Positions 1-10,927 of a stretch of DNA of 64,000 nucleotides are shown piece by piece. Position numbers and translations under genes: made by a program. Position 1 is the first letter of the stretch. Each line of letters opens with the position of its first letter. The notes under the pieces are model-generated. The model saw only the letters and a list, made by a program, of their open reading frames with translations, ran no database searches and was not told the origin of the DNA. Source of the stretch: Dictyostelium discoideum (lineage: Eukaryota). The stretch spans positions 4,704,001 through 4,768,000 of the forward strand of contig CM000152.2 of NCBI GenBank assembly GCA_000004695.1, in the 5' to 3' direction.

Positions 1-115
1 GGATGTGAATAATCACTTTTAACACCAGTTGGTGGTATTAAATAATCTTCTAATGGTACAAATTCTCTAACAATCATTAAATTGCACGATATATTGTCTG
101 AGCAATAATTACATA

Positions 116-147
<32 letters not shown>

Positions 148-367
148 TATTAATATCTTATTTTTTAAAATAAAAAATTAAAAATTAAAAATAAAAAATA
201 AAAAATAATTATACAATACCTTTTTGTTTTTGAATTGTGTGCAGCAATCAAAATCATATCAATTTTTAATAATTTAACCTTATTTTTAATTATATGTTTA
301 ATTGAACCATATTCAATAAAAGTTAAATTTTTAATCTAAATAATTTAATTATTTTTTTATTTTTTTT

Positions 368-607
368 TTAGTATTTTTTTTTTTTTATAAAAGTAAGTTT
401 TAAAGGTTTATTATTATTACTTACATGTTTTTTATCTAATAATCTTGTAAAATGTTTCATAACATGTGATGAACGATGTCCAATCCCTCTATAGAATTTA
501 ACTTTGGCAACAATTATTACCCAATCATTTTCTTTAACCAAATTTAAAACTCTGTAAAAAGCTGAAAAAGATGGTTCTTTATCGTCAATATATACTAAAA
601 ATTTCAT
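368..607 (-). CDS. First coding exon (607..425, 61 codons: MKFLVYIDDKEPSFSAFYRVLNLVKENDWVIIVAKVKFYRGIGHRSSHVMKHFTRLLDKKH) of a minus-strand gene of unknown function. The ORF is followed directly by a consensus GTAAGT donor (424..419). Coding-looking minus-strand sequence at 116..1 (…LCNYCSDNISCNLMIVREFVPLEDYLIPPTGVKSDYSH…, running off the window) is a candidate downstream exon, but I could not find a phase-compatible acceptor.
   Basis: ORF track; GTAAGT directly after the KKH codon; in-frame coding-like stretch with no stop at the window edge. Confidence 0.4.
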   Translation of the reverse strand: MKFLVYIDDKEPSFSAFYRVLNLVKENDWVIIVAKVKFYRGIGHRSSHVMKHFTRLLDKKHVSNNNKPLKLTFIKKKKY

Positions 608-830
608 ATTTTGATTCTTTTATTAATTAATTAAAATGTTTGTGTTTGTGTTTTTTTTTTTTTTATAGTTATTTTTTTATTTTTTTATTTTTTTCTAAAC
701 AAAAATTATTTTTTTTTATTTTTATTATTTTTTATTATTTTTTTATTATAATTATAAATGAATAGCAATATAAATAAGAAAAATAAAAAAAAAAAGTTTA
801 TTATAAAATTTGATTATTATAATTTTATTA

Positions 831-865
<35 letters not shown>

Positions 866-2234
866 TATTCAATTTAAAATTTCTATAATTTAATAGTTTT
901 TTTTTTTTTTTTTTATTACAATAAAATATATTTTTTATGAATAGTTTTTTTTCTTTAAAGTTTTTTTTTTATTTTTATTTATTTTTATTTTTTATTTATT
1001 TTTATTTTTTTTTTATTTTAAATTAAAAAAATTAATAGAGTTTTTATTTTTTTTTTTTATTAATTTAAATTGACTATTCGATATTTAAAAGGATCGAATG
1101 AAATTAAAATTAATAATATTTTACAATTGGTCAAAAGTGTATTTTGAGTTAACTGGTTAAGTTCTTTTTTTTTTTTTTTTTTTAAAATATTTTTTTTTTT
1201 TTTTTATAAATTTTTTTTTTTTTTTTTTTAATTTTGATAAAAAGGAAAAAAAATAAAAATAAAAAAAAGATAAAGATAAGGTACAGGATATTGAATCTTT
1301 TTTTTATTTTAATTTTTTTTTTTTTTTTATTTTAAATGAAATGAATTATGAAATTGTTTTAATTTTAAAAATCAAAATAAATCTATTATTTATTTTTTCA
1401 ATTTTTAATTATATTTTTTTTATTTTTAATTTTTTTTTAATTTTTTTTTCCCAAAAGAGGAAATTTTAATTTTTTTTTTTTTTTTGAAATTAAAAAAATA
1501 AAATAAAAAATAAAATCAAAATATTTTAAAGCTTTTTATGGTTTGAATTTGGGATTTCTGTTGTTTTTTTCTAATTGACGTTTTAAATTAATAAGGTCAC
1601 TCCCGAATTTTTATTATTCGTTATTGATTTTTTATTTTAAATTACAACAAATTTCTAAAAAAAGTTTTTCTCTTCAAAAAGACCAAAAAAAAAAGCAAAA
1701 AAATATTAAAAATAAAAATAAAAAAAATCAATTATTGTTGATAATATTAAAATTAATATTAATTGTATATTTTTTTCTTTTTTTTTATTTATTTATTTTT
1801 ATTTAAAAAAAAAGAAAAGAATTAATTCTTTTTTTTTATTTTTATTTAAATAATATTTTAATTTTAATTATTTTTTTTATTTATTTTTTTTTATTTTTTT
1901 ACTTTTTGTTGCTAATTACGCGTTCAAAAAAAAAAAAAAGATTCTTTTACAAAAAAAGATATCCCAACTTCCAAAAATATCATTCAGGCACCAAAGTGAA
2001 AGCGAGTGTTTTTTTTTTTTTTTTTTTACCTGTTTTCAAATAAAAGCAATTCCGACAAAAAAAAAAAAAAAAAAAATATCTTGGTGCTTAAAAAAAAAAA
2101 AAAAAAAAAAAATTTTTTTTTTTGAAAATTGATTTGTGGACTTAGTATTTAAATATTTTTTTTTTTTTTTTTTTTAATTTCTATAAAACTTTTAAAAATA
2201 AAATAAAATAAAAATAAATAAATAAATAAATAAA

Positions 2235-3167
2235 ATGAAAATAATTTTATTTTTAATTTTAATTATTTTTTTAATTAATGATTGCCAAGGTTTAAAAAAA
2301 GGTACAACCTTTGGATCAGATCCAAATTCAGATAGTGCGAAGTGTAATGATATCAAAGATTTAAATGTTGCTTGGTATTATAATTGGGATAAAAAACCAA
2401 CATGTAATGCTGGAATTCCAGGTGTTGAATTTATTCCAACTATTTGGGGCAGTGGTTCATTACCAATTGGTAATTTACCAAATGGTTCCGAATGGTTAAT
2501 TGGATTCAACGAGCCAAATTACAATAATCAAGCAAATTTAACACCAAAGCAAGCAGCTGATTTATGGCCACAATTAGAAGCCACTGGCAGAAAATTAGTT
2601 GCTCCAGGTGTCGCTGATTGTGGTCAACAGTTAGGTGGTGGCTGTACTTATTCAACATTGGATTGGTATAGCCAGTTCTTGGGAAATTGTAGCAAATGTC
2701 GTATTGATGCCGTATCACTCCATCTCTACTATTGCAATGCCGATGACATGATGAATAAAATCAATAGCCTTTACCAATTAACAAAGAAACCAGTTTGGTT
2801 AACTGAATTTGCTTGTAACAGTCCCGCCAGTAAAGAAAGTGTTGTAACATTTGCTCAAGCTTTATTACCAAGATTAGAAAATTCAACCCAAGTTGGTCGT
2901 TACAGCTGGTTCATTCCATATTGTGGAGGTTGTGGTGCTGGTGATTTGTTATATAGTTCATTATATAATGATCAATCAGGTAATAAAAATTTAACACCAA
3001 TTGGTCAATATTATTCTAATTTCCAAAGTAATAATGGTGGTGGTAATGGTAATGGTAATGGTAATGGTAGCGATAGTGGTAGTGATGAAACTGGTTCAAG
3101 TTCAAATTTAATCAAATCAACTTTAACTTTTACTTTAATTTTAATTTTAATTTTATTATTATTTTAA
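2235..3167 (+). CDS. Secreted, probably GPI-anchored clan GH-A glycoside hydrolase of the GH128 / 'Glyco_hydro_cc' type (beta-1,3-glucanase-like). Single exon.
   Basis: N-terminal signal peptide MKIILFLILIIFLINDCQG. Family blocks AWYYNW, EFIPTIWG, LIGFNEPN (acid/base Glu) and VWLTEFAC (nucleophile Glu). C-terminal G/N/S linker followed by a hydrophobic tail, which is a GPI signal. Confidence 0.8.
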   Translation: MKIILFLILIIFLINDCQGLKKGTTFGSDPNSDSAKCNDIKDLNVAWYYNWDKKPTCNAGIPGVEFIPTIWGSGSLPIGNLPNGSEWLIGFNEPNYNNQANLTPKQAADLWPQLEATGRKLVAPGVADCGQQLGGGCTYSTLDWYSQFLGNCSKCRIDAVSLHLYYCNADDMMNKINSLYQLTKKPVWLTEFACNSPASKESVVTFAQALLPRLENSTQVGRYSWFIPYCGGCGAGDLLYSSLYNDQSGNKNLTPIGQYYSNFQSNNGGGNGNGNGNGSDSGSDETGSSSNLIKSTLTFTLILILILLLF

Positions 3168-3984
3168 AATTAATTGTATAATAAAAAAAAAAAAAAAAAT
3201 TATTTATTTATTTATTCAATCAAGATTTTTTTTTATTTTTATTTTGTTGTTGGTTGTGTGTTTGAATTAAATAAATTTCTTGAATAATTTTATTTTATTT
3301 TTTTTATTTTATTTTATTAATAAAATTAAAAAAAACCAGTGAAATCAAATTGTTTATTTTTTTTTTTTTCATATAGAATGTAACTTGCTAAATGTGTTGG
3401 GATTTTAATTTTTACTGATTATAAGGTATATTTTTTATTTCAAGTGCATTTAATATTACTATTAATTCACAATTATTTTTCAAGAGAATTCTTGCCACTA
3501 TTTAATACCAAATCTAAAAAAAAAAAAAAAATTGTTCCTATCAATATAAAAAAAAAAAAAAAAAATCAAAAATATCTCTTGGCTTTTAAAATTAAATTAT
3601 AATAAAAAAGAAAACATAAAAAAGATAATAAATTAATGGGAAAAATAATTAGATATTTTATATTATAATAATAAAAAAAAAAATTTTAAAATCACAAAGG
3701 TTTGATTGTTTTTGTGTGAATTTTGATAATTTTAAAAAAACAATCAAACTTTGATGTCATGACCGATGCCCATAATTTTTAAATTTCAAATAATTTTTTC
3801 AATTTGGATATTTAATAATAACAAAAAACAATGAAATTTTTTTGTTTTTAGATATTTTTTTAAAAATGATTAAAAAAAAATAATTTAAAAGCTCTTTTTT
3901 TTTTTTTTTTTTTTTTTCATTTTAAAAACTACCTGTAATATTAATTCATACCTTTTTTTTTAACAAAAACTTTTCAAATAAATA

Positions 3985-4341
3985 ATGTGCAAATTTTCAA
4001 GTGGATGTGGAACAAGTGATTCCAAAAATTGCAAGGCATGTGGTACTGCATTATGTAAAGGATGTTCAAGATCATTAAAGACTGGAAGTAAGTAAAACAG
4101 AACTTACTTAATTTCAATTAAATAAACAATAGTTTTTAAATATCAAAATAAAAAAAATAAAAAAAAAAAAATTGAAACCTTTTTTTTTTTTTTTAAACGT
4201 AAAAAAACAAATAATAAATTGTAATCAAAATTTCATGAAACTAACAATTTTAATTTCATCAAATAACAATTTTTCATCTTAGATCCACCACCAAGTGGAA
4301 ATGGTGCTGCTTGCCCAGACTGCAAGAAAAACTTCAGATAA
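3985..4341 (+). CDS. Small (~53 aa) cysteine-rich protein: MCKFSSGCGTSDSKNCKACGTALCKGCSRSLKTG|NPPPSGNGAACPDCKKNFR. Exon 1 is 3985..4087, intron 4088..4282 (GTAAGT…tcttAG, phase 1), exon 2 is 4283..4341. Not in the ORF track.
   Basis: AAATAATG start context; canonical donor and acceptor; splicing restores the frame through four CxxC-like pairs (zinc-ribbon or metallothionein-like). Confidence 0.5.
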
Positions 4342-4566
4342 ATTCTTTTTTTCAAATTTAATCTGCCATTATACTATTTTTAAATAAAGATAATTTTTTT
4401 CTTTCTTCTTTTTTTTAAACATTAATTTTTTCTTTTATAATTATTATTGTTTTTTTATATTTTTTTTTTTTTTTAAAAAACTTTATCATTGATATTATTA
4501 TTTATTTTAAAGAGTAGGAAAATTTCTTAAACCAAAATAAAATAAAATAAAATAAAATAAAATAAA

Positions 4567-4610
<44 letters not shown>

Positions 4611-5075
4611 AGATTTAATTAAAAATAGATAAAAACTATTTTTTTATTCTTTTATTTGAAATACATTTTTTTTTTTTTTATAAATAAATGTAATTAAAAT
4701 TTTAATATTAAAATACAAATAAAAAATAATGATAAAAAAAAAAAAAAAAATAAACTATTTCGGCCGATATTTTTTTTTTTAATTTAAATGGTTTTTTACC
4801 GAAGCGAAATCGCCTTTTTTTTATTTTTTAATGGCATTTGGATTGTAAGTTATCATTAATTATTTTTATTTTTATTTTTATTTTTATTATTTTTTATTTT
4901 TTATTTTTTTTTTTTTTAGTAAAGTACTGGGGTTAAACATTTTTTTTTTTTTTTTAATTATTTTTCATTTTTTCACAAAAAAAAAAAAATATATAAATAA
5001 CACAACTTCACTCTTTTTTTATTTTTAATTTTTCATTTCATACCAAAAAAAATAGATAACAAAATTAAAAATAAA

Positions 5076-7232
5076 ATGACAATAACAAGTCCAGTAATTA
5101 AAACGCCACCATTAAATTCAGAGATTAGACTTGAATCAAATTTAACAGTTGAATCAGGTGATATTGAAATTAATGAAAAAGATATTGTAAATGCATCGGA
5201 AGTAATAGTAATTTTAGATGCAGGATCGCAATATAGTAAAGTGATTGATAGAAGAGTTAGAGAATTAAATGTTGCATCAGAAATTCATCCATTAAATATA
5301 GATTTATTAGAATTAATTAAGATTAAATCAAAATCAGGATCAACTATTAAAGGTATAATTATCTCTGGTGGTCCAGAGAGTGTCTATGGTGAGAATGCAC
5401 CAAAATTCGATAAATCATTATTCTCTGAGAAATTAAATTTACCAATATTTGGTATTTGTTATGGTATGCAATTAATGAATTATATATTTGGTGGAAAGGT
5501 TGAAAGTAATTCACAACGTGAAGATGGTGTGCACAATATTGAGATTTTAAAAGATGAAAATCAACAACTTGTTTCAAAACTATTTAAAAATTTAAATCAA
5601 ACCGAGCAAGTTTTATTAACACATGGTGATAGTGTTACAAAGATTGCAGATGGATTTAAAATCATTTGTAAATCAGACGATGGTATTGTATCAGGTATTG
5701 AGAATGAAAGATTGGGCTATTATGGCGTGCAATTCCATCCAGAGGTTGATTTAACTACCAACGGTAAGAAAATGTTTTCAAACTTTTTAATTGACATTTG
5801 TGGTTGTAGTGCAAATTATACATTGGATGATCGTGAACAACAAGCAATCACCTATATCAAATCTATAGTTTCAAATAAAAAAGTATTGGTTTTAGTATCG
5901 GGTGGTGTAGATTCAACAGTTTGTGCAGCATTAATTTCAAAAGCAATTGGTCCTGAAAATGTTATTGCATTACATATTGATAATGGTTTCATGAGAAAAG
6001 ATGAGAGTTTAAATGTTGAAAAGGCATTATCAGTATTGGGTCTACATTTGATTGTTGTTGACGCATCTCAAACATTTTATAATTCAACCACCACTATCAA
6101 AGGCCATTTAACCTCATCGTTGAAAGAAACAATATCACCAGAAGAAAGAAGAAAAATCATTGGTGATACTTTTATGAGAGTTGCAGAGAATGAAGTTAAG
6201 AAATTAGGTTTACAACCAGAGGATGTTTATTTAGCCCAGGGTACACTTCGTCCAGATTTAATTGAATCTTCAAGTAAAACAGTTAGTGGTGTTGCCGATG
6301 TTATTAAAACTCATCATAATGATACAGAATTGGTTAGAATCCTTAGAGATTCAGGTAGAGTAGTTGAGCCATTAAAAGATTATCATAAAGATGAAGTTAG
6401 AGAATTAGGTAAATCATTAGGTCTTTCAGATTCTTTGGTATGGCGTCAACCTTTCCCTGGCCCAGGTTTAGCAATTCGTATCATTTGTGCTGATGAACCT
6501 TATCTAGTGAATTATGATTTTACAAATAATGTCGTGCAATATTTAGTAACCGGTGAAGCTTCCTCAGAGTTGGAATCAGAAGTTAAAATTAAAATTGATA
6601 AACAATTAACAGAGATGAAATGTAAACGTCAAGATAAAATTACAATTAAACCAGTTTTATTACCAATTCAAACTGTTGGTGTTCAAGGTGATGGTAGAAC
6701 TTATTCTTATTTATTAGGTCTTTATAGTTCAGAGAATTCAACAATCGACCAAATTCCTTGGTCTTATATTTTCAATTTAGCTAGAACTATACCAAAGATT
6801 TGTCATAATATAAATAGAGTGGTTTTCATTTTCTCTCAAAATGCTACTAAACATACAAATATTAAAGTTTCAAATGAACCAGTTAAACATATCACACCAA
6901 CTCGTTTAACTCCTGATGTTATTAAACAACTTCAACATGCTGATTCAATAGTTTCAGAACAACTCTATAAATATAATTTAATTAAATCACTATCCCAAGT
7001 TCCCGTTGTATCATTACCAATAGATTTCGGTGTTACAGGTAATAGATCAATCGCAATTCGTACTTTTATTACAAATGATTTCATGACTGGTGTTCCTGCG
7101 ATTCCTGGTAAAAATATTAGTTTCGATTGTTTACAAGAAATTACAAATAATATTTTAACTTCTGTAAATGGTATTTCAAAAGTTTTATTTGATTGTACTT
7201 CAAAACCACCTGGTACTACTGAATTCTTATAA
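5076..7232 (+). CDS. guaA: GMP synthase (glutamine-hydrolysing), eukaryotic ~718 aa form
   Basis: Class-I glutamine amidotransferase domain (ICYGMQL, catalytic Cys; HPE). ATP pyrophosphatase P-loop SGGVDS. C-terminal GMP synthase dimerisation region. Confidence 0.93.
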   Translation: MTITSPVIKTPPLNSEIRLESNLTVESGDIEINEKDIVNASEVIVILDAGSQYSKVIDRRVRELNVASEIHPLNIDLLELIKIKSKSGSTIKGIIISGGPESVYGENAPKFDKSLFSEKLNLPIFGICYGMQLMNYIFGGKVESNSQREDGVHNIEILKDENQQLVSKLFKNLNQTEQVLLTHGDSVTKIADGFKIICKSDDGIVSGIENERLGYYGVQFHPEVDLTTNGKKMFSNFLIDICGCSANYTLDDREQQAITYIKSIVSNKKVLVLVSGGVDSTVCAALISKAIGPENVIALHIDNGFMRKDESLNVEKALSVLGLHLIVVDASQTFYNSTTTIKGHLTSSLKETISPEERRKIIGDTFMRVAENEVKKLGLQPEDVYLAQGTLRPDLIESSSKTVSGVADVIKTHHNDTELVRILRDSGRVVEPLKDYHKDEVRELGKSLGLSDSLVWRQPFPGPGLAIRIICADEPYLVNYDFTNNVVQYLVTGEASSELESEVKIKIDKQLTEMKCKRQDKITIKPVLLPIQTVGVQGDGRTYSYLLGLYSSENSTIDQIPWSYIFNLARTIPKICHNINRVVFIFSQNATKHTNIKVSNEPVKHITPTRLTPDVIKQLQHADSIVSEQLYKYNLIKSLSQVPVVSLPIDFGVTGNRSIAIRTFITNDFMTGVPAIPGKNISFDCLQEITNNILTSVNGISKVLFDCTSKPPGTTEFL

Positions 7233-7302
7233 AAAAAAAATAAAAAAATAAAAAAATAAGTAAAAAAAAAAAGAAATATAATTTTTGGGTTTATAATTTT
7301 GT

Positions 7303-8238
7303 TTTATTTATAATAATTTAATGAAATCAAATGTTTGAACATCATTTGTGTTTGTGATAGATTTGAAAGTGATGACAATGTTGCCAGATTCGAATGACCA
7401 TGACCAATATCCACTCAAGTTTGCATCATGTTTGATTACAATTGTATGATTTGAAGTTGCTTCTTGAACTGCTTCTAAAATCATTTCATCTGAACAACGT
7501 TTTGCAAGATTTGCAGCAACTTTTTCAACAATACCTGCAAAGATATGACCGAAACTATTCTTTAAATCATCAGCAACTTTTGGATAAACTTCTTGTAATG
7601 ATGTTTCATCAATTGACCAATCAGCTGATGATTTTAATGCTTTTTTGACAGCTGCTAAATTATCTTTCATTTTTTGTTCATTTGTTTTAATATTTAAACG
7701 AGTGCTTAAAGTGTAAACACCTTGAGTTGGAATAATTGTTTCTAATTTAAAAGTATTTACATCATTTGTGTTGCAAATCTTTGGACGGAATAAAATTTGA
7801 CAATCACCATTTTCAAATTGGAATTTCCAGTATGATGATAATTTTTCATCAGCACAAATAAAAACAAATTTCTTATTTGGAACAGCTGCTAAAAATGCTT
7901 CTTTAATTAATGGATCGGCTCCGACTTTAGCCATGTTTTTAGCAAGATTACCAACTACATCTTTATAAAAGATACTACCACAACTATTTGTAACCCAAGA
8001 GTCATTACATTTTGTAATAATATCTTCAAAATCAAATTCAATAGCAAAAGCTTCACCTAATGATTTTTCAATTGCAGCTAAATTTGTTTTTAAAGATTCT
8101 TCATTATCTTTTAATGATTTTCTAAAAATTTAAAAAAAGTTTGAATAAATATTTTAAATATTAAATATTAAATATCTTTTTTTTTTTTTAATTTTATTTT
8201 TAATAAATACCTTGAAGTTAAAGCGAGAGGCATTTTGG
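7303..8238. repeat. Segmental duplicate unit A (~935 bp); pairs with 9353..10268, same orientation, ~1.1 kb spacer
   Basis: Direct sequence comparison. Confidence 0.9.
7308..8233 (-). CDS. Copy 1 of a tandemly duplicated gene. Exon 1 is 8233..8211 (MPLALTS…), intron 8210..8122 (GTATTT…ttttAG), exon 2 is 8121..7308. The ~279 aa protein is built from two internally repeated ~140 aa units, each with a helical half then a beta-rich half (compare KFVFICADEKLSSYWKFQFENGDCQILF with HTIVIKHDANLSGYWSWSFESGNIVITF). Function unknown.
   Basis: ORF track plus an upstream in-frame exon and spliced 5' mini-exon recovered by hand; internal repeat is visible by eye. Confidence 0.7.
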
Positions 8239-9352
8239 GTTAATAGTTTATTTTTTTATTTATTTATTTTTTTTAAATAAGAGTTTATTATTTTTTAATG
8301 TTTGATCGAATGATTTTTAAAAAAAAAACATAGTGCTTTTATATTAAAAAAAATGAAATGGATCAGGGAAATTAGAAAAAAAAAAGATTTGAAAAAACAG
8401 AAACAATTTGAAATGGAAAATAATCAAAAAATAAAATATCTTTTGGGATATTTTTTTTTTTTTTTCTAATTTTTTTTTAGTTTTTTTTTTTTTTTTTTAA
8501 TCTTTTAATTGATTAAAAAGAAAAAAAAAAAAAAAATAAAAGAATTAAATTAGTTTTTTTTTTTTTTTAAATGATATTAATAATTATTTAAATTAAATTG
8601 ATTAGAAAGAAAAAATTAAAGATATATTTAATATCAATAAAAAAGGTGAAATAAAATATAATTTGAAATTTAATTTTTTTTTATTTTTGTATTTACAATA
8701 GCTTATTTTAAAGTTTTTTGAATAAGGACGAAATTTATGAATTATCCATTTTAAATTCCAACACGAGTAAAGGTTTCCACCAAAGTATGTGTATATATCT
8801 TTACTTCAGATAATAAGGAAACATTATTATTTAATTGAGATGTTCCAGTAATTATAGTTCCTGATATATAATTGGTTTGTGAAACATTTTTGATATTGTT
8901 AATTGAATTAAATGATTCTATTATTTTTTAAAATTTTTTTTTTTTTAAATTAGTTTATAATTTAATATTATTAAATCTTTATTTTTCTTTAATTTTTTTT
9001 TTTTTTTTTAATTAAAACTTACTAAATAACATTTTATAATTTTTTATAATTTAAACTAAAATAGTACTTTTATTGTAATGAATTAGTTTGAAAATAATTT
9101 TTCATTTTATAGTTTTTTTTTTTAAGTACTAAGTAATTTTAATTTTTTTAAAATTTCCTTAAAAAATTATCTATTATAAATTATGAATCTGTTATCATTT
9201 TTATTTTTAAAATATTGTCAAAAAACCACAACTCATCTTTTAATAATTTTTAAGTGTTAAAAGATTTTAAAAAATTTAAAAAAGTTGAAAATAAAAATAT
9301 TTTTGTATTTTGTGGTAAATGTGATAATTTTAAAAAATTAATTTTTACAAAT

Positions 9353-10268
9353 TTTATTTATAATAATTTAATGAAATCAAATGTTTGAACATCATTTGTG
9401 TTTGTGATAGATTTGAAAGTGATGACAATGTTGCCAGATTCGAATGACCATGACCAATATCCACTCAAGTTTGCATCATGTTTGATTACAATTGTATGAT
9501 TTGAAGTTGCTTCTTGAACTGCTTCTAAAATCATTTCATCTGAACAACGTTTGGTAAGATTTGCAGCAACTTTTTCAACAATACCTGCAAATATATGACC
9601 GAAACTATTCTTTAAATCATCAGCAACTTTTGGATAAACTTCTTGTAATGATGTTTCATCAATTGACCAATCAGCTGATGATTTTAATGCCTTTTTAACA
9701 GCTGCTAAATTATCTTTCATTTTTTGTTCATTTGTTTTAATATTTAAACGAGTGCTTAAAGTGTAAACACCTTGAGTTGGAATAATTGTTTCTAATTTAA
9801 AAGTATTTACATCGTTTGTGTTGCAAATCTTTGGACGGAATAAAATTTGACAATCACCATTTTCAAATTGGAATTTCCAGTATGATGATAATTTTTCATC
9901 AGCACAAATAAAAACAAATTTCTTATTTGGAACAGCTGCTAAAAATGCTTCTTTAATTAATGGATCGGCTCCGACTTTAGCCATGTTTTTAGTAAGATTA
10001 CCAACTACATCTTTATAAAAGATACTACCACAACTATTTGTAACCCAGGAGTCATTACATTTTGTAATAATATCTTCAAAATCAAATTCAATAGCAAAAG
10101 CTTCACCTAATGATTTTTCAATTGCAGCTAAATTTGTTTTTAAAGATTCTTCATTATCTTTTAATGATTTTCTAAAAATTTAAATAAATATAATTAGTTA
10201 CAATTTATTTTAATAAATTAAAAATAAAAATAATAATTACCTTGAAGTTAAAGCGAGAGGCATTTTGG
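9353..10268. repeat. Segmental duplicate unit B
   Basis: Direct sequence comparison. Confidence 0.9.
9358..10263 (-). CDS. Copy 2 of the same gene. Exon 1 is 10263..10241, intron 10240..10172, exon 2 is 10171..9358. The coding sequence differs from copy 1 by ~7 substitutions, of which 2 are non-synonymous (both Ala to Thr).
   Basis: Exons align almost base for base with 7308..8233; the intron and flanks are unrelated. Confidence 0.7.
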
Positions 10269-10927
10269 ATTAATTTTGATTATTATTATTAATATTATTA
10301 TTAATTTAAATATGTTTTTTGAATTTATTGAATGATTTGGAAAAAAAAAAAAAGAAATTTAATTTATACAAAAAAAAAAGAAAATAATTAAGATTATTAT
10401 TTAAAAAAAAAAAGAAGAAAATAAAAAAATAAATAAAAAACAAACAATTAAAAAACTTTTTAGAAATGATTTGGAAAGGAGGATTTTTAAGATATTTTCA
10501 AAAAAAAAAAAAATAAAAAAAAAAAATGAAAAGAGATATTTTTAATAATTGAACGATTTTTACAATAAAGAAAGGTAAAGTTTGTGCGCTTTGAAATTTA
10601 AAATGGATTTCTAATTGGAATTAAAGAAGAAAAAAACAATATAACCAGGTAATTGGTCACGATCAGTCATAAAAAAAAGAAAATAATAATCTGTTTATCC
10701 TTTTTTTTTTTTTTTAGTATTTTTTTTTCATAAATTTTGATTTTTTTTTTTTTTGGGTTTTTATCAATATTATTTAAAAAATAAAAATAAAAATAAAAAA
10801 AAAATTTGGAGATTTGTTTTTTTAAAAATGAATTAAAAAAAACTGAAAGAAACGTTTCGTTTTTACCTTATTTTCGTGAAAAAAAAAAAAAAAAAAATAT
10901 ATTTGCATGTGAAAAAAAATAAATAAA

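Noticed and set aside
1624-1806. 60 aa ORF (MIFYFKLQQISKK…) in the long AT-rich region upstream of the glycosidase gene
   Set aside because: Pure low-complexity K/N/I/F translation of A/T homopolymers; no start context and no conservation signal
5359-5577. 72 aa antisense ORF inside guaA
   Set aside because: Lies opposite a strongly supported conserved coding region; chance ORF
7442-7648. 68 aa plus-strand ORF inside duplicated gene copy 1
   Set aside because: Antisense to the real minus-strand coding sequence; Q/L-rich artefact
8700-8900. 57-codon open minus-strand frame between the duplicated gene copies (…NVSQTNYISGTIITGTSQLNNNVSLLSEVKIYTHTLVETFTRVGI-stop), with a beta-helix-like flavour
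   Set aside because: No start codon, no splice partners, too short; possibly a gene relic, but unsupported
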